NCBI GenBank assembly: GCA_037385265.1
Contig: JARRNG010000020.1
Span: 1 to 51,514, forward strand
Direction of reading: 5' to 3'
Origin: Nitrospirota bacterium
GTDB lineage: Bacteria; Nitrospirota; Thermodesulfovibrionia; Thermodesulfovibrionales; JdFR-86
Length of the DNA stretch: 51,514 nt
Shown here piece by piece: positions 16,281 to 24,789 of the stretch; within the stretch, counting starts at the first letter, position 1, and each line of letters begins with the position of its first letter. Both the position numbers and the translations under genes were made by a program. The notes under the pieces were generated by a model. It did no database searches and was not told where the DNA came from. It saw only the letters and a list, made by a program, of their open reading frames with translations.

Positions 16281-19200
16281 GTGCCCCTTTCCCGGGTCTT
16301 CGACGATTTCCACTCCCGCCTCGCTCGCGCCAGGGGGCGGATTTACAACCTCACGGGCTCGTCCCTCGCCCTCTTTCTCGCTATGCAGGGGCGGCCCTTC
16401 CTCATGGTCGAAAAGACAGAGGAGGATGCGAGGAAACTCCATCGGGACATCCTCGTTTTCCGGAGCGTCCTCGGGCGGGGGGGCGAGGTCCTCTACCTGC
16501 CGCCGCCCGACGGCCCGTCCCTGGCGGGGCAGAGGGCCCTTGTGGTGCACGCCTTCAGTGAGCGCGGGGACTGTTCGGTAGTGACATCGGCGGAAGCGCT
16601 GGGCGGGAATCTCTGGAACCCGGGGGAGCTTGCTTCAAGGACGGTCGCGCTCGAAGTGGGAGACGAGAGGGAGCGCGACGATATCGAGGATGCCCTGAGG
16701 GGCCTGGGCTACCAGCGGGTGCCGCTCGTTACCGAGGTAGGCCAGTACAGCAGGCGCGGATTCATAATCGACGTGTTCACGGCCGGAGGCGTGAACAATC
16801 CCCTGAGGGTGGAATTTTTCGGCGACCGAATCGAGAGCATCAGGACCTTCGACGTGGAATCGCAGCGCTCGATGTCGACCTTGGATTTTGCGGCGTTTAT
16901 GCCTTGCTCGGAGCCCGATGGAGGGATATCGCTCGAGGACTTCGCCGCCGGACTGCAGGGCTTCGCGATAGAAGGGGTTTTTGAAGAGCCATCCGGGGGT
17001 ACGGTGGTGCTATCGAGGTTCGCCATCGAGGGAGAGGGGGTCGAAGCGGGCACGCTGCCTGTTTCGGGCCTCGGCATATTGCCCGAGGAGCGAAACAGGC
17101 TAGACGACATAGCCAGGTCCATAAAGAAGCTCAGCCGCGACCACAGGGTCGTCATCGTCGCTTCCTCGCGGGGCCAGGCCGAGAGGCTTAACGAGATACT
17201 GAGGGACGGCGATGTCATCGCCCCCCTCGTCGAGGCGGGCGAGGTCCTGGACTACGAGGGATGGGTGACGATATCCACGGGGGAGCTCTCCGCCGGCCTC
17301 CGGCTGCCGGGTCTCCTGGTGCTCACCGAGCAGGAGATATTCGGGGGCAGGCCTTCGTACAGGCCCCTTAAGAAATCGAAGGTCAAGGGGCTCCTCGCCC
17401 GCATAGAAGACCTGGAGAAGGGTGACCTCGTGGTTCACTACGACCACGGCATCGGAAGGTTCGAGGGCATGAGACACCAAAGCGTGGAGGGGATGGAAAT
17501 GGACCTCCTTTCCATAGAATACGCCGACGGAGGCCGGCTCTATCTGCCCATCTATGCCATAGACATGCTGAAGAAGTATCATTCCGAGGAGGCCTCCATG
17601 CCCAAGCTCGACAGGCTTGGCGCGAAGACCTGGCAGCGCAAGAGGGAGCGCGTCAGAAAGCGCATCAGGGAGATGGCCTCCAAGCTTCTGAAGATATACG
17701 CCGAGCGGCAGGTGTCCAGGGGGGTGCGCTTCAGCCCGGATACGGAGATGCACCGGGAGTTCGACAGCTTCTTCCCCTACGAAGAGACGCCGGACCAGCT
17801 GAGGGCAATCAGAGAGATAAAGGCCGACATGGAATCCGAGAGGCCCATGGACAGGCTTCTTGCGGGGGACGTGGGCTATGGAAAGACCGAGGTCGCCATG
17901 AGGGCAGCCTTCAAGGCGGTCTACGACAACATGCAGGTGGCGGTCCTGGTGCCCACCACTTTGCTTTGCGAGCAGCACCTGAGGATCTTCAGGAACAGAT
18001 TCGCGGCCTTTCCAGTGAGCATAGACTTCCTCAGCAGGTTCAAGAAGAGGAAGGAGCAGCTAAGTACCATAGAAGACATCAGACGCGGAAAGGTCGATAT
18101 AGTGATCGCCACGCACGCGCTTCTCAGAGAGGACATCTCGTTCCGCAGGCTGGGCCTTCTGATAGTGGACGAGGAGCACCGCTTCGGCGTGCGTCAGAAG
18201 GAAAAGATAAAGGAGATAAAAAGGGGGGTCGATGTCCTTTCCATGAGCGCCACGCCCATCCCCAGGACCCTTCAGATGTCCCTCTCCGGCATCAGGAGCA
18301 TGAGCGTTATAGAGACGCCGCCCGAGGAGAGGGTGGCGGTAAAGAGCAAGGTTTACTCCTTCGCTGACTCCGTCATAGCCGAGGCTCTCGAGAGGGAGCT
18401 TCAGAGGGGCGGGCAGGCCTTCTTCGTCCACAACCGGATTCATGATATAGAAAAATACCTCAGGCTCCTTAAGAGGCTGTCGCCTCACGCCCGGGTGGCG
18501 GTTGCCCACGGCAGGATGACGGAGAGGGCTCTGGAGGAGGTGATGCTTTCGTTTCTGAATAGGGAGATTGACGTGCTCGTGTCCACGGCGATAGTGGGCT
18601 CGGGACTGGATTTCCCCTCGGCAAATACCATAATGATAGACATGGCGCACAGGATGGGCCTGGCGGACCTTTATCAGTTGAAGGGAAGGGTGGGAAGAAG
18701 CAACGTTCGGGCCTATGCCTATTTCCTCATTCCCGGAGGGGCCCTGATACCGGAGGACGCCATGAAGCGCCTCCAGGCTATTCAGGAACTTAACTACATG
18801 GGCGCGGGCTTCAGGCTCGCCATGAAGGACCTTGAGATAAGGGGCGCCGGAAATCTCCTTGGCGCCGAGCAGTCAGGTTACATCGATGCTGTGGGGTTCG
18901 ACCTCTACATCGAGATGCTCGAGAAGGCGGTGGCCGAGCTGAAGGGCACGCGGAAAAGAGAGCACGTGCCTCCTTCCATAAAACTTCGCCTCGACGCCTT
19001 TATCCCCGAGAGCTACATGGAGGACATGACCCTGAGACTGAGCGCCTACAGGGCGGTGGCCTCGGCGGGCTCGGGCGAGGAGCTGGATTCCCTGAGGGAG
19101 GAGATGAGGGACCGGTTCGGCGACCCCCCGGAGGCCTTCCTAAACCTCCTGAGGGTCATGGAGATGAGGCTTCTCGCCGAGCCCCTGGACGTAACGGATG

Positions 19201-19385
19201 TCACCGAGACGAGCCGCGGCCTGAGGTTTACTTTCTCGCCCAAGGCCGATGTAAGGGCCGAAAGAATTGCCGGGCTCTTCGGCAAGGGCGTCAGATTCTT
19301 CCCCGACGGCTTTGAGATAGCGTTCCGGGGTAGTGCCCTCGAGGCCCTCCGGGAAACGCTGGATGGTCTCTCCGGCACTGATTAA
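16281..19385 (+). CDS. mfd: transcription-repair coupling factor
   Basis: 1034 aa. Helicase motifs GDVGYGKTEVAMRAA and DEEHRFGV, plus CarD/TRCF-like and C-terminal TRCF regions. GTG start. Confidence 0.93.
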   Translation: MPLSRVFDDFHSRLARARGRIYNLTGSSLALFLAMQGRPFLMVEKTEEDARKLHRDILVFRSVLGRGGEVLYLPPPDGPSLAGQRALVVHAFSERGDCSVVTSAEALGGNLWNPGELASRTVALEVGDERERDDIEDALRGLGYQRVPLVTEVGQYSRRGFIIDVFTAGGVNNPLRVEFFGDRIESIRTFDVESQRSMSTLDFAAFMPCSEPDGGISLEDFAAGLQGFAIEGVFEEPSGGTVVLSRFAIEGEGVEAGTLPVSGLGILPEERNRLDDIARSIKKLSRDHRVVIVASSRGQAERLNEILRDGDVIAPLVEAGEVLDYEGWVTISTGELSAGLRLPGLLVLTEQEIFGGRPSYRPLKKSKVKGLLARIEDLEKGDLVVHYDHGIGRFEGMRHQSVEGMEMDLLSIEYADGGRLYLPIYAIDMLKKYHSEEASMPKLDRLGAKTWQRKRERVRKRIREMASKLLKIYAERQVSRGVRFSPDTEMHREFDSFFPYEETPDQLRAIREIKADMESERPMDRLLAGDVGYGKTEVAMRAAFKAVYDNMQVAVLVPTTLLCEQHLRIFRNRFAAFPVSIDFLSRFKKRKEQLSTIEDIRRGKVDIVIATHALLREDISFRRLGLLIVDEEHRFGVRQKEKIKEIKRGVDVLSMSATPIPRTLQMSLSGIRSMSVIETPPEERVAVKSKVYSFADSVIAEALERELQRGGQAFFVHNRIHDIEKYLRLLKRLSPHARVAVAHGRMTERALEEVMLSFLNREIDVLVSTAIVGSGLDFPSANTIMIDMAHRMGLADLYQLKGRVGRSNVRAYAYFLIPGGALIPEDAMKRLQAIQELNYMGAGFRLAMKDLEIRGAGNLLGAEQSGYIDAVGFDLYIEMLEKAVAELKGTRKREHVPPSIKLRLDAFIPESYMEDMTLRLSAYRAVASAGSGEELDSLREEMRDRFGDPPEAFLNLLRVMEMRLLAEPLDVTDVTETSRGLRFTFSPKADVRAERIAGLFGKGVRFFPDGFEIAFRGSALEALRETLDGLSGTD

Positions 19386-19443
19386 TTCTTTAATATAAGG
19401 GAGTTTTGTTGACAGCACACGCATGTATCTGGTATGTTTAGCC

Positions 19444-20217
19444 ATGGGAAAGAGAGCGGCCTGCGCCCTCGTCATTTTATGTTGCCTTTTAATTCCGGGG
19501 CTTTCTTTTGGAGCTGACGTCTACGGCCTCAGGCCGTCCGCGCCCTTCGGAGTTTTCACAACCTTGTCCGCCCAGAGCCCGGCCAAGGGAGAGATGGCCT
19601 TCTCGGGCACGTATGAGACGATATTTAACAGCCCCTTTTACAGGTTCGGAGGGAATTTTTCCTATGGCCTTCTGGACAGGGTGGAGCTTTCCTTGAGCGT
19701 CTCAGAGCAGGAGGACGGCTTCGAGGACATAGCCCTCGGCGTGAAACACAGGTTCATCGACGAGGGCGCCACCGGCCTTTCGCTGGCCTATTTCGTTACG
19801 GCCTCTCTGGACACGGGAGACAATGCTGTGAGCACTGACGGGAGGTTCGGGGGCGGCCTTATCATGAGCAAGAAGATCGGACCAGTCTTCAGTCACACCA
19901 ACATCATGTATGCGGTGCCGGGGGACTCGGACCTGTACAGCGAAATTGGGTTCTCCACTGGCCTTGTCTTTTCCGCGGCCCATAACCTGTGGCTCCTCGG
20001 CGAGCTGGATGTCAGATCAAGCCATTTCTCGAACGAGATCGACGTCTTCGAACCGAAGCTCGGCTATCGGGTCAGGGTGGTCGAAAATCTTTATATCGAC
20101 TTGGGCGTGGGCGTGGATCTCAAGGGAGACCCGGCGGAATACAGGTTCATGACCGCCTTGTCTTTCGGCTATCCTTTCAGGCGGGAGGTCCAACGCATCT
20201 ACGAGGACAGGCGATAA
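19444..20217 (+). CDS. putative outer-membrane beta-barrel protein
   Basis: Signal peptide MGKRAACALVILCCLLIPGLSFGA. Alternating beta-strand pattern and a C-terminal aromatic-rich strand. The track ORF starts at 19423, and the start is uncertain. Confidence 0.5.
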   Translation: MGKRAACALVILCCLLIPGLSFGADVYGLRPSAPFGVFTTLSAQSPAKGEMAFSGTYETIFNSPFYRFGGNFSYGLLDRVELSLSVSEQEDGFEDIALGVKHRFIDEGATGLSLAYFVTASLDTGDNAVSTDGRFGGGLIMSKKIGPVFSHTNIMYAVPGDSDLYSEIGFSTGLVFSAAHNLWLLGELDVRSSHFSNEIDVFEPKLGYRVRVVENLYIDLGVGVDLKGDPAEYRFMTALSFGYPFRREVQRIYEDRR

Positions 20218-20218
20218 T

Positions 20219-20641
20219 ATGTTTGACCTCGGGATGCAGGAGCTCATCGTCATATTCGTAGTGGCCCTTCTCGTCTTCGGCCCCAAACGTCTGCCCGAAC
20301 TGGCCAAGTCGATGGGCAAGGCCATGGCCCAGCTGAGGAGCGCGGTTTCCGACGTCAAGACCGAGGTGGAAAGAGAGATACGCATGTCGGAGACCGGGCT
20401 GGACCTCGAGGACATGCCGGCCTGGAAGAAGCAGCACGAGGCCCCACCTTCGCAGCCTTCCGGGGAAGCGGAAGGCGAAGGGCCCGAGCCCGGGACGGGC
20501 GAGGGGGGCGAGGAGGCTAAGCAGGGCGAAGAGGACGAGGAGGCCAAGCAGGGCGAAGAGGACGAGGAGGCCAAGCCCCAGGAGACGCTTCCCTTTGAGC
20601 ACGAGTCCCAGGACTTAGAGGAAGATGGCCGAGACAGGTAG
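20219..20641 (+). CDS. twin-arginine translocase TatA/TatB-family subunit (TatB-like) with an acidic repeat tail
   Basis: MFDLGMQELIVIFVVALLVFGPKRLPELAKSMGKA is the Tat TM plus amphipathic helix. The tail is Glu/Lys-rich. Confidence 0.85.
   Translation: MFDLGMQELIVIFVVALLVFGPKRLPELAKSMGKAMAQLRSAVSDVKTEVEREIRMSETGLDLEDMPAWKKQHEAPPSQPSGEAEGEGPEPGTGEGGEEAKQGEEDEEAKQGEEDEEAKPQETLPFEHESQDLEEDGRDR
20510..20576 (+). repeat. 27-nt tandem coding repeat (EEAKQGEED units)
   Basis: gaggaggc(t/c)aagcagggcgaagaggac occurs twice, plus a partial third copy. Confidence 0.85.
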
Positions 20642-21455
20642 GATTCCTGAGGACAAGATGCCCTTTACCTCTCACCTGGGCGAGCTCCGCAAGAGAGTCA
20701 TGGTCTCTTTCATCGCGGTCCTAGTGTTATTCGTGGCCGCATTTCACTTTTCCGAAGACATTTTCAATATCCTCACGCTTCCGATGCATGCGGACATCAA
20801 GTTTATCTCCACGTCCCCTTTCTTCACTTTCGTTGAGAAGGCCGGAGCCACCAAGGAGCTCGTATTCCTCGCCCCTGCCGAGGCCCTGTGGGTTTACTTG
20901 AAGATAGCCCTGATAGCCGCGATAATATTGGCCTCTCCGATAATATTCCTTCAGTTCTGGAAGTTCATATCGCCGGGCCTCGTCGAGCGGGAAAAGAAAT
21001 ACGCCATTCCGTTCATATTGTCGGCCAGCGGACTGTTCGTTTTTGGAGCTCTTTTTTGCTTCGCCATAGTGCTGCCCTTCGCCATGAAGTTTCTTCTCAA
21101 CTACAGGACGGAATCGCTGGTGCCCATGATTTCCGTGGAAAGGTACGCAGATTTCTGTCTTAAATTTATTCTCGCCTTCGGGGTTATCTTCGAGCTCCCC
21201 CTGATAATTATTTTTCTGACCCGCATGGGCATCGTCACGCCTCAGACACTGGCAAAGAACAGAAAGTACGCCGTTCTCCTGGCCTTTGTCGCCGCCGCTA
21301 TATTGACACCCACGCCTGACGCCTTCAACCAGACCCTTATGGCCTTGCCCATAATTGTCCTTTACGAAGGCGGCCTCATAGCTTCGAGAATAATATTGAG
21401 AGGCAAAAAACATGACAATGATAAGGGGAAAAAGCCCGAAATCGGTGGCGTATGA
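20625..21455 (+). CDS. tatC: twin-arginine translocase subunit TatC
   Basis: SHLGELRKRV start motif and six TM segments. 276 aa. An alternative ATG lies at 20658. Confidence 0.9.
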   Translation: MAETGRIPEDKMPFTSHLGELRKRVMVSFIAVLVLFVAAFHFSEDIFNILTLPMHADIKFISTSPFFTFVEKAGATKELVFLAPAEALWVYLKIALIAAIILASPIIFLQFWKFISPGLVEREKKYAIPFILSASGLFVFGALFCFAIVLPFAMKFLLNYRTESLVPMISVERYADFCLKFILAFGVIFELPLIIIFLTRMGIVTPQTLAKNRKYAVLLAFVAAAILTPTPDAFNQTLMALPIIVLYEGGLIASRIILRGKKHDNDKGKKPEIGGV

Positions 21456-21690
21456 CATAGCGGAGGGGTATGTGGCTGTTAATCCCCTGTTTCTGAAACC
21501 TTTGGATGCCGAGGCGTTGAAGGAGCTTTACTGGGAAATCCAGAAGGTGCAGACATCGATAAGGTCGGAGAAATTTCCTCACTCGGACATAATGGCGATA
21601 AGGAGGCGCAATGTCCGCCTCTCCAAGCTCCATCAGGCCGCGATGGTGATACGGAATTTCGCCAGGGAAAGACGGACCGTTATTCTTTAA
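21412..21690 (+). CDS. hypothetical protein (92 aa)
   Basis: ORF with a GAGAGG Shine-Dalgarno ~9 nt upstream. Helical-looking, with no motif I recognise. Lower GC than its neighbours. Confidence 0.4.
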   Translation: MTMIRGKSPKSVAYDIAEGYVAVNPLFLKPLDAEALKELYWEIQKVQTSIRSEKFPHSDIMAIRRRNVRLSKLHQAAMVIRNFARERRTVIL

Positions 21691-21692
21691 TA

Positions 21693-21722
21693 TTGACACC
21701 TTTGAATTGGTATTGTAATAAT
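21693..21722 (+). promoter_or_regulatory. sigma-70-type promoter placing the transcription start at or next to the HEAT-protein ATG (leaderless)
   Basis: TTGACA (21693-21698), 17-nt spacer, TAATAAT (21716-21722). The ATG is at 21731 and there is no Shine-Dalgarno. Confidence 0.45.
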
Positions 21723-21730
21723 AATTCACG

Positions 21731-23389
21731 ATGTCCGAGCCCGAAGACGTAATAGGCGTGAGGAACCTTATCCATGCCATTCAGAAGGCCAGGAAGAACC
21801 TCAGGATCTATCCGGCGAATAACCCGGTATACACCAATATAGTCGAGCAGACGTACCAGCGTCTCGCTTCGGTGCTGGAGTTTCAGGACGAGTTGTCCCT
21901 CCGGTTTACCAAAAACGACATCCTCTACGGCAGCGATCCGGTCTTCCATAGCGAGGGAAAGGACGACAACCTCGCCCTGTTCTTCTCGAGGGACGGCGTA
22001 AAGGACCTCACTTTCAAGAGCGGCATATCCATGGACGAGTTCCAGGAGTTTCTGAAAATAGCCTCTTATGACCTCGACAAGGAGGACATAGCGGATGACG
22101 TCGTTACGCTCATGTGGGGCAAGGATTTCAAGAATATCAACTATACGGTGGACGAGAGCACGCTCATCGAGGAGGATGAGGAAAAGTACGAGGAAGGCGC
22201 TGTCAAGCAGGTCAAGGACCGTGCTGCCGAGAAGGACGATGTCCAGCGTGCCTACTCCGATGCCTTGAGGAGCGAAGAGACGGTCAAGGAAATCCGTCTC
22301 GTTCCGATTACCAACAAGGATCTCAAGATACTGGCATCGTTAAGGGAAAAGTTTTCTCAGGATAAGAAGAGCAAGCTCGCTGACATACTATACGAGATGA
22401 TTCTCCAGACGCAGGATCGCGCCGAGTTCCGAGAGATAGCGTCCCTGATAGGCAGTTGCCTCGAGTACTGCATGAGGGAAAGACGCATTGATACTGCGGT
22501 GGAGATAATGTGGAGGGCGAAGTCTTTCGATGACAAGTCGATTACCGGGTTTAACGCGCGAGAGGAGCTTTCGCTCGTTTTCCGCAAGGCCGAATCCGCC
22601 GAGATGATAAAGATATTGGGCGACATGCTGGACGAGGAGCCGGGGATCGAGGGCCGGGTCTTTCGTGACTATGTGAGCTTCCTTTCCAAGAACTCAATAC
22701 CCCAATTCATGATTATCCTGGGTGAACTCAAGACCATCAAGGCCAGGAAGAGCGTGGTCAACGCCCTCGTTTTTTTGGGGAAGAAGGATATCTCGACACT
22801 CGTAAGGGGACTCTCCGACAGCAGGTGGTACCTGGTCAGGAACATCATCTACATCCTCAGGAAGATCGGGGACCCCAAGGCCGTGGACTATTTGCTCAGG
22901 GCGTCGGGGCACAGCGACCCCCGCGTCCGGAAGGAGATGCTTAGGGCCCTGGGGGAGATTGGCGGGGAGAAGGCGGCGGCCGCCGTGGGCGAATGCCTGG
23001 ACGACCCGGAGCCTTTTGTCAGGACTTCCGCGGCCAGGGCCCTGGGAGCGATCGGAACCGAAACAGCGATGAAGATGCTTATGTCGAGGATCTCGCACAA
23101 GAACTTCCTGAACGCCGATTTTAACGAGAAGAAGGAATATTTTGAGGCGCTCTCTAGATGGCACGACTCGCGGGTTCAGGATTTTCTGCTTAAGATCGTA
23201 AAGAAGAGGGTGTTTTTCAAGAGGATGAAGTACGGCGAACTCAAGGCCGGGGCCGCTTACGCTCTGGGTCTAATGGGCAACAAGGACACTCTTCCCGCAC
23301 TCGACAAGCTAAGGAAGTCGGGCAACAGGCTGGTGAGTGGTCACTCGTATGCCGCCATCAAGAGGATTGAACATGGAAGACTGGCGTGA
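21731..23389 (+). CDS. HEAT-repeat (PBS-lyase-like) protein with an uncharacterised N-terminal domain
   Basis: C-terminal HEAT-like repeats: DSRWYLVRNIIYILRKIGDPKAV, HSDPRVRKEMLRALGEIGG, DPEPFVRTSAARALGAIG. Confidence 0.75.
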   Translation: MSEPEDVIGVRNLIHAIQKARKNLRIYPANNPVYTNIVEQTYQRLASVLEFQDELSLRFTKNDILYGSDPVFHSEGKDDNLALFFSRDGVKDLTFKSGISMDEFQEFLKIASYDLDKEDIADDVVTLMWGKDFKNINYTVDESTLIEEDEEKYEEGAVKQVKDRAAEKDDVQRAYSDALRSEETVKEIRLVPITNKDLKILASLREKFSQDKKSKLADILYEMILQTQDRAEFREIASLIGSCLEYCMRERRIDTAVEIMWRAKSFDDKSITGFNAREELSLVFRKAESAEMIKILGDMLDEEPGIEGRVFRDYVSFLSKNSIPQFMIILGELKTIKARKSVVNALVFLGKKDISTLVRGLSDSRWYLVRNIIYILRKIGDPKAVDYLLRASGHSDPRVRKEMLRALGEIGGEKAAAAVGECLDDPEPFVRTSAARALGAIGTETAMKMLMSRISHKNFLNADFNEKKEYFEALSRWHDSRVQDFLLKIVKKRVFFKRMKYGELKAGAAYALGLMGNKDTLPALDKLRKSGNRLVSGHSYAAIKRIEHGRLA

Positions 23390-24776
23390 TCCGAGGATCT
23401 GGAGATATTCCAAGGACGTAATACACGGCCTTGCCGTGATACTCAGATCTTCGCAGATCCACGACACCGGAAACGTGGCCGTCGTATCTTCGATAAACAA
23501 GTATGTGTCCATGGTCAACAAGCTGATGGAGGAGTCAGGCTTCATATCCGTGGAGCTGGTGGGAGAGTTCTTTTACGTCAACGGCAACAGGGTGAAGTTC
23601 CCCTCGGAGTATATGGCTAGCTTCGACTTTCTATCCAGGGAGTTCTCGGAGCGCAAGCTCGGGAGCGTGAGTTTCACAGAAACAGTATCGCCTGCCGACA
23701 TGCAGCTTCTCGCTAGGGCTTTTTTGAGCACGGCGGGCCTCGCTAACCCATTTAACGCTCTCGTGGCGGCCGTTAGCGACTCTCCACGAGTAGAGATAGG
23801 CAAGGCCAGGGTCCGCAGGGAGGAAGGGGAGTTAGACGCCCGGAAGACCATAAAGAAGACGTATTTCAATGCCGTCTCGTTTACGAAGGGCGTGATGAAG
23901 AAGATAAAGTCCGGCGAGAAGATCAGCGTCAAGAGGGCCAAGCGCGTCGTCCAGACAATGGTCGACCAATTGGTGGAGGAGCAAGACCTCCTCGTCGGGA
24001 TGACCGCGATAAAAGACTATGACGACTATACCTATCATCACTCGGTCAACGTCAGCATACTGTCCGTGGCACTCGGCCAGCAGCTTGGGTTCCCCAGGAA
24101 GACGCTTCTGGACTTGGGCCTCGCGGCGCTGTTCCACGATATCGGGAAGTTAGATATCCCGCCGCAGATACTCAACAAGCCGGCGGAGCTCACGGATGAG
24201 GAGTGGCGCACCATGAGGAGGCATCCCATCTGGGGCGTCAGGGAGATCCTCGACATCAGGGGATTCGACCAGAACGCCATCATGGCGGCAATAGTCGCCT
24301 TCGAGCATCACATCCATCACGACAGTACTGGCTATCCGCGCAGAAGGAACCATCCGGAGCCTGACTTCTTTTCGAAGATAGTCAGCATCGTCGACCAGTA
24401 CGACGGGATGACCTCGGCCCGGGTCTATTCGAGGGTCCCCATGGCGCCGGACAAGGCCCTGGAGCTCATGATGACAAAGTCGGGCACACAGCTCGACCCC
24501 GTGCTGATGAAGTTCTTCATCAACATGATAGGGATATATCCGGTGGGTTCCCTCGTCCTGTTGGATACGAAGGAGCTCGGGCTCGTCTACGGGGCCACCG
24601 ACGTTCCCTCCAGGCCCAAGGTTCTCGTGATCGTGGATGCCCAGGGTAAGAAGGTTGAGGAAGGGGTGCTCGTGGACCTGACCGACAGCGATGGGGAGGG
24701 TCGTTATGAGCGGAGCATTCTGAGGACCATGGACCCGAACAAGTACAAGATAAACCTCTCGGAATACCTGTTGTAA
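23373..24776 (+). CDS. HD-GYP domain phosphodiesterase (c-di-GMP-type) with an uncharacterised N-terminal domain
   Basis: HHSVNVS, LFHDIGK and HHIHHDSTGYPRR motifs. I chose the ATG at 23373 (MEDWRD), which overlaps the HEAT gene end by 17 nt. The track ORF starts at 23337. Confidence 0.85.
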   Translation: MEDWRDPRIWRYSKDVIHGLAVILRSSQIHDTGNVAVVSSINKYVSMVNKLMEESGFISVELVGEFFYVNGNRVKFPSEYMASFDFLSREFSERKLGSVSFTETVSPADMQLLARAFLSTAGLANPFNALVAAVSDSPRVEIGKARVRREEGELDARKTIKKTYFNAVSFTKGVMKKIKSGEKISVKRAKRVVQTMVDQLVEEQDLLVGMTAIKDYDDYTYHHSVNVSILSVALGQQLGFPRKTLLDLGLAALFHDIGKLDIPPQILNKPAELTDEEWRTMRRHPIWGVREILDIRGFDQNAIMAAIVAFEHHIHHDSTGYPRRRNHPEPDFFSKIVSIVDQYDGMTSARVYSRVPMAPDKALELMMTKSGTQLDPVLMKFFINMIGIYPVGSLVLLDTKELGLVYGATDVPSRPKVLVIVDAQGKKVEEGVLVDLTDSDGEGRYERSILRTMDPNKYKINLSEYLL

Positions 24777-24789
24777 GAACTGCCCGGCG

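Noticed and set aside
19409-19438. TTGACA-N18-TATGTT upstream of the outer-membrane protein gene as a firm promoter call
   Set aside because: The spacer is 18 nt and the -10 box is weak. It overlaps the track ORF start (19423), so start-codon choice and promoter call depend on each other. I mention it only as a weak example in the leaderless finding.
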